From: the human T2T-CHM13v2.0 reference genome, Homo sapiens
Strand: one strand, 5' to 3'
DNA length: 64,000 bases
Assembly: GCF_009914755.1 (NCBI RefSeq)
Contig: NC_060939.1
Positions 46,037-60,600 of this stretch are shown piece by piece; the stretch's first letter is position 1, and each line of letters opens with the position of its first letter. The position numbers and the translations under genes are program-made. The notes beneath the pieces are model-generated. The model saw nothing but the letters and a program-made list of their open reading frames with translations. It was not told the origin of the DNA and searched no databases.

Positions 46037-46959
46037 TAGACTAATGCTTTTGTATAAATCCATTTCCCACACAAATAACTACAGAGCCACCAATTTTTAG
46101 ATTAACATTTCTATAAGAGTTTTCTTTTATAGTAAATTGATATTCTTACTCAGCTTAACTAACCTTGAAAACATTTAAATTTTACAATGTAGTCATCTTC
46201 CCCAAAATCAGTGCTACTGAGTAAAGAACATAAGCAGCCGTTCCTACAAGCACATCTCCATCCCAAGACCCAGTTATGAACCTTGGTTAAACAACTACTC
46301 AAAACTCTGTAGTCTCTACTTCTACAGAGTTAAAGGAGATAAAGAATGCCTCTGGGAAGCATTTGGACCATAAATATAACCCCAAATTATATAAGGCTAC
46401 CAGAAAATACATTTCCTTATGAAATCAACACACAAAAAGTCTTCTAATCCTATTTCGCTAATCAAAAGGTGAGTTCTTTGACAATTTGGCATCTATTACT
46501 AAGTATACTTTTATACTGAGATGATGACTTATAAAGAAAGAAACCAATTCTACCAGTCTAAGGTCAGATTACATATATGGTCTCTAATGTGTGACCTTTC
46601 AAAGAGGCAGGGATAGACACATTGTCCTTACTTTTGGTGGTTTGAGATAAAGTGGGTCAGTTTGAATGAAAATATTGAGTGACCTTAAATGACAGAGAAA
46701 GAGCCATATGCTATAAAGCACATGAACAGTGACCAACAACCACTGATCAAGAACATGGAAATTGCAACTGCAAGTTTCAGCCCCTCCATCTGCCATTCCA
46801 GTCACATTCTGGCACGTTCTCATTAGAGACATCTCTTTAAAACCAAAGTGCACTTTGTTGATATACCTCTCTGCTTCTCTCAAAGAAAATCTAAGCTTCT
46901 TGGCTGGAACAAATGGGGCAAAATTTGTTTTTTCAATTTAGTGATCCTTGAAGTAATGG

Positions 46960-47140
46960 GAGGAATATTGGGTTTGAATCCAGAGTATGCCACTTTCTGG
47001 TCCCATGACTGGGAGCAACTTACTGTGTTTTCTCCTCAATAAAATGGACTGAGTAAAACCTTTTTTGCCCTATTACTCTGAAGATCAGTTATTTAATATA
47101 TGCAAAGCACTTTCACAGTGCCTGGCAGTCAAAAAAATAT
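46960..47140 (+). mobile_element. MIR
   Basis: Reads gggtttgaatccag...gcaaagcactttcacagtgcctggca. Confidence 0.6.
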
Positions 47141-50009
47141 TAGTTCCCCTCTGCCTGTTTTTCTGTATACCACTGATGAAGTTTAGAAGTCTTCCGACTA
47201 GACATTTTTAATTGCCTTCTTTGCCACATAAACTACTCAGCTAATTTCAGCACTCAGCTTGGCTGACATCTCTTTGAGAAACCTTCCTGCCTTCTAGGAT
47301 TGGGTTTGATGCGCCTCCTGCGTTTTGCTAATAATTTCGTAACATCTATCAAACATGTCATCGCTTGTTTACTTGTCAACCTCCTCCAATTAATGTTGAG
47401 TTCCATCTTATCTACTGGTTTTATCCATCTTTGGTTGTCCAGAATCTGGCATATAGTAGGTGATAGTAGATATTTATTGATTGTATTTACTGATGTCTGA
47501 CAGACAATAATGTTTTGAATCGGCCATTGAGGAATTTGTCAGGCATTGTGACATTAAGCCTTAGTACAATCAAATTTTTTTCTTTGAGAATTCAACTCGA
47601 AGTATAGTGAGGAAAATGCCTGATTTTTCTGAAAAACTTTTACGCACTTTTCAAATGTGTAGACTTTTGCAGTCCTATTTCATGAAATAGAGCATAAATG
47701 TATTTAACATAAAGATTTTTAAAAACAGAAAATAACTGAGAACTAAATGACAAATGCACTTTATAAAGGTTTTTAGATAAATATGTATAATCTTATGTTG
47801 GTCGGTTGCTTTCCCAAAACTTCAGACAGTTCTCTCATTTGAAATTTGACATAGAATACCGTGAAAATTCTAAGCAGAGGATAAACTCTAGTTTCTTTAA
47901 GGGTTGCATGAAACTGGGCCTGGAGCAAGAGTACAAATGGAGCCTTATATACTATGTGTCTAAATATGTAAAGTTACATATTAAGTTAACAGACCTTAAA
48001 TAAAATATATTCTATTCTACATGAAGAGCTGAAAGTTTAGAATTGCATAAGAATTCCTAGATTCCTTGGATTTCCAGGCTCCGTGTGTCAGTGCAGGGAG
48101 AGGTGGTCCCACTGCACAGCCTGCCTTCCTTTTCTTCCCACCCTCAGCTCCATCCTACACCTGGAAAGGTGTCAAGCACATGCCCAGCCTGCATATCCAA
48201 GCTCCACGTACATTCCCATGAACCACTGCTCTCAGGCCAGAGTTGCACACTCTGGTTGTCTGCCCTCTTATCAGGTGAATGAACCTGAAAGGGCCCTCCA
48301 GGCCCTGGGAATGGTCTTGGGGCTATAAGATCAGGAAGTTCTGAGGTCACTGATACCTGGAATGTGGCCTAGAAACTGGTTGAGGGAACAGGTGTCAGAT
48401 GGGGATGTTTCCTTGGCCCCATAAACTCCTTACTTCATGGATTCAGATATAACTAGACAGGGGCCAGAGCAGAGTTACCTAAAGCTTGGGTGCAGGACAC
48501 GGACCTCTCTTGATTGGCTCTAAAGGACAGTATTAAATGAAGCAAGTGCATAGATCTTTGAAAGCCATTTCTTGTTCTGATGTTAGGATAGGAGGCGAGA
48601 TGAGCACCAGAGGAAATATGGTCTTGATCACATTTATGTACCACGGAAACGATTAAGAGCTGAGTTCTATCTGTCAGATTTTTGAACCTTTGGCTCCAGA
48701 GAGTCTACTCTCCTGAAGGCAATGCTAAGCTAATACCTTCTGCCACAGAATTGATTTGACTTTAGTTCATACCTCTAAGTATTTTTTAAAGATCAGTTAT
48801 TTACTCAATGGTCTGGCAGTTGCTTTCTCTGGTTTGTGATAGCTTGAGAGGAGAGGCATTTAGAATGGGAATGCCAACCAGTTAGAGTTAAGGAAGATAT
48901 TTTTCAGAGCATGGCCAAAGTTTTTCCTGTATTAAGATACTTTCAGGAACCCTGCAATTAGCCAAATCACAGATTTCCAGTTATTTCGGTCTTGTTAAAA
49001 ACAAGGCTGATCACATCTGTCTTAAGTTGGAGTATGTGCCTTAGCAATAGAAGCTCTTGCAAACCTTTAATTACAGCAGCCTCAGAAGCAGCACTGCTGC
49101 CGTATACTATCAAGTAGCAATAACAAGTGACAGATTGACTAATAATTAGCAAATGCTCTGAAGGGGGCTTCGATAAGGGTAAAATATGATTTGCTTTTTC
49201 TATCTCTTAAAATTGAGTTGATTGTGAGATATTGATGTCCCATTGTTCCAGACAGATACTTGACACTGTTGCTAGCTGGAGTAACCTCAAAATATTTTAT
49301 CAGGATGAGGGAAGTGTTTTCTGTGTATAGAGTACTTTGAGAAAAATGACTTCTCATAATGGTTATAATGGATAAGTATCATTTTTTCAGCATGTTGAAT
49401 GTGAATAACAAGACTTTTCTAAGTGAGGAATTCATATTTTCTGCCATCATTCATTGGTTTTAACAAAACTGAGCAAAGTATAGAAATGTTATCTTAGGCC
49501 TTTAGAGTGATATTCGTAATAAGGAGACAATTGTTGAGAAACTAGAATGACTTAAATCAAAGAAAACAGATCTATAAGGGAATGTCAATGAATTATAGTT
49601 TCTCTGGCTAGAAAGACATCTAAATGATTACTCTTTTCAAGCATATGTAAGATTTTTACAAGAGGGGTATATTGACCAGTTTCACAAATCCAGGGGACCA
49701 GACAATTGTTGAGAGGATGACTTCGTGTTGACACCCACTATGACAAAGTTAATCTGAGTCATGTATAGCTCAGAAATCTTACACCAAACCAAACCAACAA
49801 GCAAAGGATTGAGTGGCCGTTCTAGGAATGGAAACACACCATTATGATCATCCAGAGAGGGTAAGGGAAAAATAAATGAGAGTTTACCAATATCGGGAGT
49901 ATAGTTATTGTCAAGAACCCAAGAATACAGAGTCTATTTCTGAGGCTAATTCTAGAATAATGGAGATCAGGTCAAAATTGATACTAAAAAGGCTTGGAGT
50001 CTAGCTTAA

Positions 50010-50125
50010 TGGTTCTCAAAGTTTACTGTGTGTTAAAATCACATGCGGGTTGTTTTTAAAATATTGATGTTGGCTTTACCCTATTTTAATTGGTGTGCAG
50101 TGCAGCCTGGACTCTGGGATTTTTG
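50010..50125. mobile_element. MER5-like hAT DNA transposon fragment
   Basis: The sequence aatggttctcaaagtttactgtgtgttaaaatcac resembles a MER5 terminus. Confidence 0.45.
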
Positions 50126-52320
50126 TTGTTGTTGTTCTGTTTGAAAACTATGATGAGGTTAGTCTGTATCTAACATTGAAGTCAGACTCTTCTTTACCGA
50201 GCCTCAACTTGCTAGCTAGCCGTAGCATTCTTAGCTTATCTGCTTCCAAACAGAGTCTTCATGAAATAGTTGCTTTATGAAGAAATACAAGTCCAGGTCA
50301 GCAAACATTTACAGGCACTGTGTTAGGCAGTAGGGACTCAGCCCCTGCCTTTGAGGGGTTAACAGTGAGAACTGAGCAGTAAACTGCAGAGGCAGCACCT
50401 GAACCCAAGTCTCTTTGTGAACTCCACACCTATGCTCTTTCTACTCCACCGGCAGCTTCATGTCTGTCATGGTGGTAAATACGTTGGAAGAGGCTACTTT
50501 GTCAGTTAATGGGCTTGCTAAGCTAAAACTACAACCCTCTCCAGCATACAAGTTTTAGATATTCACCTTAATGTGGTTGGAGAAAATGGACCATTTGTTC
50601 TCTGTTCTTCGAGAGCCTATATTCTGTATTTTAAAAAACAACTTTATTGCGGTATAACTGACACAGAATAAACTCATATTTAAAGAGTACAATTTAATGT
50701 TTTATATAAACCTATAAAATTGTTACCATGATAGAGATAGTGAGCATACCTGCCACCCCTAGGTTTCCTGATGCCTCTTTATAATCCACTTTCCTAATCC
50801 CTTCAATTCTCCCTGCACCTCTGTAACCACTGATCTGCTTTCTGTGACTGTTGATTACTTTGCTTCTACTATTTTATGTAAATAGAACTATGCAGCATGT
50901 ACTTCTTTTTGTCTAGCCTTTTTTACTCAGCATAATTATTTCAGGATAATATATGTTGAATGTACCAATAGTTCATCTTTTTATTGCTGAGAGGCATTAA
51001 GTAGCATGGCTGTTCCACTGTTTATTTATCCATTCACCTGTTGATGGACATTGGGCTTATTTTTAGTTCTGGCTATTACTAATAAAGCTGATCTGAACAG
51101 TTTTGTAAAATATTAACATGATTTCATTACTCTTGAGTAAAGATGTAATGTAATCATTTCATACCTGGGAATGAAATGATTGGAACATAGGGTGGGAATA
51201 TTTTTACCTTTTTACAAAATGACTAAACTCTTTTCTGAAGTGGTTATACCATTTTATATTCCCACCAGCAGCTTATGATAGTTCCTTCTGCTTCCCATCT
51301 TCCTCATCACTTAGTATGGTCAGTCTTTTTAACTCAAGGCTTCCTAATAGTTGTGTAAAAATGTGTTAATGTGATTTTTAATTTGCATTTTTCTAATGAT
51401 AAATTATATTGAGAATCTTTTCTTATGTTTATTTGCTGCCTGTTTTCTTGGAAAAGTTTCTCTTGAAATCTTTGCTTCATTAGTTAATTGAGTTGCTTTC
51501 TTATTGAGTTTTGGTAGTGCATTTTTATTTTATATTTTAGTATTCTGGATATAAGCTTCTTGCATGTAGAAATGGTTCTAGAACCCTTTTTTGAGAAGAC
51601 TCTTTTTTCTCCACCTAAATTACCTTTGTACAATTGTCAAAAATCAGTTGTTCATATACGTGTGGGCCTGTTTCTGAGTTCTCTGTTTGTTCCATCATCG
51701 GTTTGTCTATACCAATTCAACACTGTTTTGATTACTGTAACATTATAATTTTGAAAACAGATAGTAGGTCCTCCAACTTTGTTATTCTTTTCAAAGTTAC
51801 ATTTTGCTGTTCAAGATCTTTTTTACCATATGAATTTTAGAGTCAGTTTATTAATTCCTATAAAAGCCTGCTGCGATTTAGATTGGGATTACATTGAATT
51901 TACAGATCAATTTGGGAAGAATTAACATCTTAATAATATTGAATCTTCTGATCCATGAACCTGACATCTCTCCATTTATTTAGGTCTTTTAACATTTTTC
52001 TCAGAAATTGTTCTGTAGTTTTCAGTGCACAAATTTCACATTTTTTGTATTGATTGAATGATGTAAGTACTTCATAGTTCTTAATAATATTAGTAATGAT
52101 AGTTTTGTTTCCATTTGTTCATTGCTACTATAGAGGAATACAATTGATTTTGTATTTTGATTTTCTATACTGCAATAAAACCCATTTATTAATAGTTTAC
52201 ATCATTGGTGGAAGTGATAGGATTTTCTACATAGACAACTATGTTGTTTATAAAGACTATTTTACTTCACTTTCAATTTGTATGCTTTTTTTTTTTTTTT
52301 TTTTTTTTGCTTTTGCTTCA

Positions 52321-52710
<390 letters not shown>

Positions 52711-53710
52711 AAGACTGATGTTAGCTATAGGTTTTTGTAGACGCCCTTTATCAGGTTGAAGAAACTCCCTTCTAGTCCTAGTTTGCTACAAGTTTTTATC
52801 AAAAATTGGTGTTGGATTTTTGTCAAATGCTGTTTCTGCATCTATTACGATGATCATATAAGTTTCTTAAATTAGTCAATATAGTGAATTAATACTGATT
52901 GATATTTTAATGTTATACCAACCTTGCTTTCCTGAGATAAACTGCATTTGATTATGAAGCAATACACTTTTTATATTTTGCTGGATTTGATTTGTTAAAA
53001 TCTGTTACGAATTTTTGCATCTATGTTTATGAGTGATACAGGTTCATGTTTTATTTTTCCTTCTAAAGTATTTATCTGGTATTGGTATTAGAGTAATGCT
53101 GGCCTCTTAGTATGGGTTGGGAGGCATTTCCTCCTCTTTAATTTTTTTGAAAAGTTGGCACAGAATTGCTATTATTTCTTCCTTAAATTTTTGGTGAGAT
53201 TCCCCAGTCAAAGCATCTGGGCCTGTGGTATTTTTTTGGTGAAAGATTTTTAACTATAAAATCGATTTCTTAGTAGTTATAAGACATTCAGGTTATGCCT
53301 TTTTTTTCTTGAATGAGCTTTGGCACTTTGAGTCTGTCAAAGTGTTTGTCCATTTAATCTAAGTTGCAGAATGTTTTGGCATAATCTTGTTGAAAATATT
53401 CCCTTATTATCTTTCAATGTCTGTAGATATGTCTCCTTTCTAATTCCTGATATTGATAATTGTGTCTTCTTTTCTAGATCAATCTGCCTAGAGGTTTATC
53501 CATTTTATTGTTCTTCTAAACGAACCATTTTTTTATTTGTTTTTTTATTAAATATTGATTTTCTTTTTTCTCTTTCATTGGTGTGTAATCATACATTATT
53601 TTCTTTTTGTGTATTAATTTCTGTTTAGTTTGCTCTTCTTTTTCTAATTTCCTAAGGTGGAAAACTGAAGTTGTTGATTTTAGTTCATTTTTTTCCAATA
53701 TAAACATTTT

Positions 53711-54769
53711 ATTTATTTATTATTTATTATTTATTTATTTATTTATTTATTATTATTTTTAAAATTATACTTTAAGTTCTAGGGTACATGTGCACAACGT
53801 GCAGGTTTGATACATAGGTATACATGTGCCATGTTGGTGTGCTGCACCCATCAACTCTTCATTTATATTAGGTATTTCTCCTAATGCTATCCCTCCTCCC
53901 TCCCCCGACCCTATGACAGGCCCCAGAGTGTGATATTCCCCACCCTGTGTCCAAGTGATCCCATTGTTCAGTTCCCACCTACGGGTGAGAATATGTAGTG
54001 TTTGGTTTTCTGTCCTCGTGATAGTTTGCTGAGAATGATGGTTGCCAGCTTCATCCATGTCCCTGGAAAGGAAATGAACTCATCCTTCTTTGTAGCTACA
54101 TAGTATTCTATGGTGTATATGTGCCACATTTTCTTAATCCAGTCTATCACTGATGGACATTTGGGTTGGTTCCAAGTCTTTGCTATTGTGAATAGTGCCG
54201 CAATAAACATACGTGTGCATGTGTCCTTATAGTAGCATGATTTATAACCCTTTGGGTATATACCCAGTAATGGGATGGCTGGGTCAAATGGTATTTCCAG
54301 TTCTAGATCCTTGAGGGATCGCCATACTGTCTTCCACAATGGTTGAACTAATTTACACTTCCACCAACAGTGTAAAAGCATTCCTATTTCTGCACATCCT
54401 CTCCAGCATCTGTTGTTTCCTGACTTTTTAATGCTTGCCATTCTACGTGGCATGAGATGGTATCTCATTGTGGTTTTGATTTGCATTTCTATGATGACCA
54501 GTGATGATGAGCATTTTTTCATGTGTCTGTTGGCTGCATAAATGTCTTCTTTTGAGAAATGTCTGTTCATATCCTTTGCCCACTTTTTGATGAGGTTGTT
54601 TTTTTCTCGTAAATTTGTTTGAGTTCTTTGTAGATTCTGGGTATTAGCCCTTTGTCAGATGGGTAGATTGCAAAAATTTTCTCCCATTCTGTAGGCTGCC
54701 TGTTCACTCTGATGGTAGTTTGTTTTGCTGTGCAGAAGCTCTTTGGTTTAATTAGATCCCATTTGTCTA
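53711..54769 (-). mobile_element. 5'-truncated L1PA (L1PA7/8-like) 3' end with a (TTTA)n tail
   Basis: ORF 53968-54570 is the ORF2p C-terminus, followed by an L1PA 3'UTR. 18-bp TSD with 2 mismatches: ttccaatataaacatttt (53693-53710) and ttccaatgtagacatttt (54770-54787). Confidence 0.9.
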
Positions 54770-55773
54770 TTCCAATGTAGACATTTTAATGCAATAAATT
54801 TACTTCTGAGCACTGTTGTGGCTGTATCTCACAAATATTTACATATTGCATTTTCATTTTTATTTGGTTCCACATACTTTCTACTTTTGATTTCTTCTTT
54901 GACCCACACTTATTTTGAAGTATGCTGTTTTGTTTTGAAATATTTGAGAAATTTTCAGATATCTTTCTGTTTGGTTTCTAATTTAATTGCATGGAGATCA
55001 GAGAACAAATCTGAATTCTTTTAAATGTATTGAGATTTATGTTATGGCTCAGACTGTGGTTATCTCTGTAAATTTTCTATGTACACTTGAAACTATTCCA
55101 CTTTTGTTTTTGGAGTGGCTTATAAATGTCAATTAGGTCAAACTGGTTGTTTGTGTCATTCAAGTTTTCTGTGTCTTTACATATATGCACTTATCAGAAC
55201 TCTTCTGAATACTTGAGGGAGACCTATTTAAGTTCCTGGAATTTCTCTCTCTCTCTCTCTCTGTCTGTCTGTCTGTCTCTGTGGGCAGCTTTCTCCTGCT
55301 GATATTGTGCCCTTTAAACTCTAGTTGCCTTGGCTTTCCCATTCTTCTAGCTACAATTCCTCAACTCAGGGAGACTGCTGGACTTCACCTGGGCTCGCCA
55401 TTTGGACATCACAGCTGGGAAACTCTGTTAAGCTGGGCCAATCAAATGGCTCACTCTTTGTAATCCCATCACTCTGGGATTACTGTTCTTCATTGCTTGA
55501 TGTCTAGTGTTTAAAAACTGTTATGTCATCTATTTTGTTTTTTAACTTTGAACAGAGAGCTAATCTAGTCTTTGTTACCCTAACTTGGTTCCAAGTAGGA
55601 GACTTTCAATTATGACTTTAACACATAGTTTAACAGATTTGTGTAAACCAGTTTGTCTTAAAATTAACCTTGTAATCTTAACCTTTGTATCTTTATTAAA
55701 TCCATTTAACTTATAGACTTCATTGTCATCATGAAAGAGAGTACTGTGCAGTCCTTCAGGTTACTTTCTTTTG

Positions 55774-55776
<3 letters not shown>

Positions 55777-55812
<36 letters not shown>
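55777..55812 (+). repeat. (TC)18 microsatellite
   Basis: Counted directly. Confidence 0.95.
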
Positions 55813-55814
<2 letters not shown>

Positions 55815-56427
55815 ACATCCATATATTCTACCTCTCTTTCCCTCAGGCTTCTGAGAGTTGGAATGGGATTTTTCATTTACAACTTTATGCCCAGCAAAAG
55901 GGCAGTCTTTAATATGTTCAAGGCCAAGGATTATAATAAGCATACGGTTGTTAGAAAGCAGCTTTCTTTGGTTATCTACTGGTAGCACTCAGGGCTTCTT
56001 ATGCCTCTTGGATTAAAATAAAGCAGGCCATATTTTGGTGAGACAGAGCCCTGTTCACAGCAGCTATGCTTTTTCATTTCCTCTGCCTTTAAGGAGCATA
56101 TGTTCCCATTTCCAAGCATCTTCTGATGTTTTGTATCATTCAGGTATCTCCTGGAATGGATAATGTATAAGTGATGAGGCTACATTGCCCTGGTTTGCCT
56201 GTGCTCATTCTCTTCTCACATATGTGGAATATGGAAAATGAGTCATGAATGCAATTCGCATGTCTCGTACTCTTCTCATAAAACAGAAATCTTCATGGAT
56301 ACGTAATGGCAATGGTGAACATTCTTTCATTCTAATTTCTAATTGACTCTGGAAGTCAAATTCTTATAAAAATTAAATTTCTCCTATGAATTCCCTTTAT
56401 TCATTAACACAAGTCAATTACATTCAC

Positions 56428-56428
<1 letters not shown>

Positions 56429-56458
<30 letters not shown>
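56429..56458 (+). repeat. (TG)15 microsatellite
   Basis: Counted directly. Confidence 0.95.
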
Positions 56459-56461
<3 letters not shown>

Positions 56462-57029
56462 CTCTCTCCCTTACATTCTTCCAATCTACTCTTAAGATCT
56501 GTGTGAATTCTATTCTCTTAATTTTCTTCCTTTTCTATCTGAATCCCTGACATTGAGATATTTCTTGTGTTTTGGTCACCTTTTCTCACACAGGATTGTA
56601 CTAGCAAATTGTCTTGTTAACCCTTTCTTGCTTCTCTTTATATATTCCCTTTTGCTGTTTCCTTCCCATTTGTTGCTGGCAGCTTGCTAACCATTACCAC
56701 CATTTTAAATTTAATCTTATAGCTGGTATTTCATTCCAAGTGATCATAAGTTAAAAACTAAAGCCAATTTTTTTTATTTAGTAAAGAGGATTTTTTTTTA
56801 GGATTCATCAACTCATATAAATAGGAGGCTATTTTAGTCATCTTTGATAACCAGCTGCAGTATTTTAAGAGTACTCCATATTGATTAAGAAGGTATTAAA
56901 AGTGAAGTCATTGGTTGTGTGCTAATGGCAGGTATATAAAGCCATATTGAACTCAACACTAGATTAAAATATTTGATGAGCCCTAATTACCTTTCATTGG
57001 TTTAATGTGAAGTATTTTTTACTACTTCA

Positions 57030-57203
57030 TATTTCTTTTATTTATTTTTTATTTTAGAGACAAGGCTTCACTTTGTCAGCCAGGCTAGAATGAAGTGGGC
57101 ACTCGTAGCTCACTGCAACCTTGAACTCCTGGTCTCAGGCGATCTTCCCACCTCTGTCTCCCAAAGTGCTGAGACTATAGGCATGGGCCACCATGGCTGG
57201 CCT
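57030..57203 (-). mobile_element. Short or deleted Alu (monomer length)
   Basis: Reads gagacaaggcttcactttgtcagccaggctag...ctcccaaagtgctgagactataggcatg. Confidence 0.8.
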
Positions 57204-57409
57204 GCTGTATTCCTAATGCAACAAGTTCTAGCAAACTGGCCCATCAGTAGTGGCATAGATATACAGTTAAATTCAGCTGATGTTCAATAAGTTACTTCTA
57301 TGTAGAAATAGCATATTATATATTTCAGCGCATACAAAGGTGAGCAAAACTTAATCTTGCCTTCAGTGAATTTAATTCAAACTAATAGGGAAACAAAGAT
57401 GTACATAGA

Positions 57410-57610
57410 TCATAATAATAGCTAACACTGAACACCAATTATGTTCAAGGTGCTGGTTTAAGCACTTACATGTATTTTCCACTCTAATCCACATAACAGT
57501 CCTATGAGGTAAATGCTAGTATTTTATCTCTGTTTCATATGAGAAAGTTGAGCTATGAAGAGGTTAAGTGCCCAAATCAAGGTCACAGAGCTAGAAAGCC
57601 AGTGGAGTTT
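57410..57610 (-). mobile_element. MIR (within L2-like sequence)
   Basis: Reads taatagctaacactga...taatccacataacagtcctatgaggta...ggtcacagagctag. Confidence 0.7.
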
Positions 57611-60600
57611 TTTGAATAGAAGAGTGACGTGATTAGGACCTAACTTTAGGATGGATATTCTGGTAGCAGTGCTTAGATTGAATAGAAACAAGAATTTGGA
57701 AATAGGGACACTATTGCTATTAGTCATCCATATTGAAATAATCCATTAATTCCCCAATTATAGTGGTAGTAGTGGAAATGGAAGGGGACCGTATAGACTT
57801 GTAGAGATTATAAAGACAGGATTCACAGAATTTGTCAAGTAATGCCGACATTCAATACATCAGTAAAAGTGTTGCTGTATTAAGTGGTTTAGAATAGAGA
57901 TAACTTTGAGGTTTTAATATTGGTGGTGGCAAAATAATGATGCTATTAAAGAATTGGGAATAGAAAGTAATGTAGGTTAGCAATAGCTTCAGTTGGGATG
58001 TTTAGAGATGTCCAAAGGCAACTGGGCTGTGGGAGAGGAATGTGAGTGATGGGTCAGAGATAGTTTGATTTAGGGATCATCCATGGTAGAAAGAGATTAA
58101 GTGGTTTTTCTCAGAGGGAGAGAATAGAAAAATGCCTCTTATAAACAGGGAAAGAAGACACTTGTGACATGACATCATAATAAAGTTTAGAGAACTGATT
58201 AACAATAATTATGACTCATAGCAAATTAAATTATTTCTAAATTTACCGACTCCCACCCTTCATCTCTTGCATTTGAACATTTATAAAGTAATTTTAGTCT
58301 GGTTGCACTGAATCTGATTATTCAGGGTATTGATAGTTAACCTCACATCAGTTTCTACCATGAGTTATGTGGGTTTAGAAAGTTGTACCAAAATGTACGA
58401 ACCTAGGGCTTTTAACAATCACACTTGAAAGAAACCTTGGGAGTTGCATTTGTCAAGCAGCTAGGAAAACCATTCATGCATACCCCACATCCAAAGCTCC
58501 ATCGGCAGCCCAAACATAAAGAACTGAAAGGTCATTCTTCTTCCTGCAATGTGATGGCTTGTTGACGTATTTTGACACAACGGTACAATGCTGAAAGGGT
58601 CTGACCTTCCTGCAACACCGAGGGACTCAGGTTTGGTCAGGATACCTGACACTCATTGCATTTCTCTCCTTGCCTTCCTTCTCCTTCACAGATAAACACA
58701 CTCCTCAAACACAAAGTGCTGCCCTCAGTACAGAAATATTAAATCATTTAAATAGATATAAATGATTGCTTTTTACATTTCTCTTGCCTCTTTTTTTTTT
58801 TTTTTTCCAGTTACCATCAAGCTGAAACCCTTACTTGGAACTATTAATGCTTTTAATTAAAAAATAAAATTAGTTTTTCAAAATGACAAATGTGAATGGA
58901 GATTGTTAATAGCTGGAAAGAGAAAAACTAAACAAATGAGGAGGTCTGTGTGCTATCTTATGTTTTATAGTCTATCTTTTTGATAGAAACCAATTTATTG
59001 GAATTCAGAAGTTTGAGGATTACTTCTGAAGTGCAAGATTAATGTACATAAAGGTAAATTGTAGATAAATTGAAGTAATTATCTCCTGTGTACATAATGT
59101 GTTAAAAGGTTGAAGAGTTAGTTGGAGGCAAGAGAACTATCAAGAGGATTTTCTGCCATTTATAAATTGATGTTCTATGTTAGATTTATCTACTGTGAAG
59201 TGGGGCTTTGACTGGTTATCCATATTATTTTTTAATTTAGTATATCATGGTGGCATGGAGAGGGGAAGAAAAATGTGTACTATTAATGAATTTCTATAAA
59301 TATAAAAGTAATAACCTAAGTGCTTTAAAAAAAAATACTCTTTTTAATGAGAAGCAGCTATTCAGGAAGATTTTCATGCTGTCTCCACAGCTAATAAATA
59401 TAAAATAATTGCAATAATATTCTCCGAGCATTTAGATTGCACTTTGCAAAGTGTGGAAAGTTTACATATTTGTCATAATATTGGAAAAAGGAGTATTCAA
59501 GTATTTCAGTGGTTTTGTTTCCAAATGTGATAACTGTCTACTAAATGAAATTAAGATACTTTTGTCCAAGGTAAATATTTTAATGGCATACCCAAAATTA
59601 GGACTGAAATTTTGAAGTATTTGTTTTAGCTCTTCACCTGTTTTACTCATATCACTGCACTTTTCAGTAACCCCTAGACATCATACATCTTTGTTTGAAT
59701 CATTTCTCTTCCTATTTTCTCCACCATTTCAAATGGTGTCATGTCACTGGGAGCTAATGCCCACTATCAGCTGAGCACATTCAGCTTCTGTCTACATTAC
59801 CACTCGGCTTCAGTTCCAATTTCCTGGTATTCCTCATTCAGATCAGACCTCTTAGATGGTGTGCTATGAGAACTGACAGCCCCCCATCCTGCTCTGCTTG
59901 CCCAGGGCCTAGTCACACACACTCCACTGTGCCAAGCGTGGCCACCCCCACACACCTTTCTGTTCAGGATTTTGTATAACTTTTAATTGACATTTATGTC
60001 TGACATTGTAGATGTACTTCTCATTGTAGAACATTTATCTACATAGGAATAGTTGAAAACTGCTTTTCACTTAACTATTACATGGATTAATGTTACTTAA
60101 CAATGACAGGTTTCCCTGCTGAAACTCAAGTGGGCAGATAGTTTCTTGTTTCTAACCATTCTCCATCTAACATTGCAACCCACCACTCAGCACTATTCTC
60201 ACTAATTGCTTGAGTATACAGCAAATCCATTTGAAATGATAGAGAGAGGGTTAAGTCCTGAGTACAGTATAAACTGTAGTAGAGCCCAGTATAAGGCATT
60301 TTTTTTTCTATATATGAAACAATCTTTTAACAGGGTTTATCAGCGACTTAATTTCTATACATATCTTTCCTCTAAATTCACCCCAGCTACACAAGTATAA
60401 ATTTACCCAATTGTTTCTAATATAATGGCATTCTATATATATCTTTCCCTCTGAAAGCACAGAACAAAGTTCTGTTGTTTTGCCAGGTTCCTGGCCTTCT
60501 TTTATAAATTCTTAGTAAAATTTCTTTCATTGTGGTGAGAAAAAAATATATTCTATCAATTATTTTAAAAAGCAATAATTCATTATAGTTGATCATAAAT

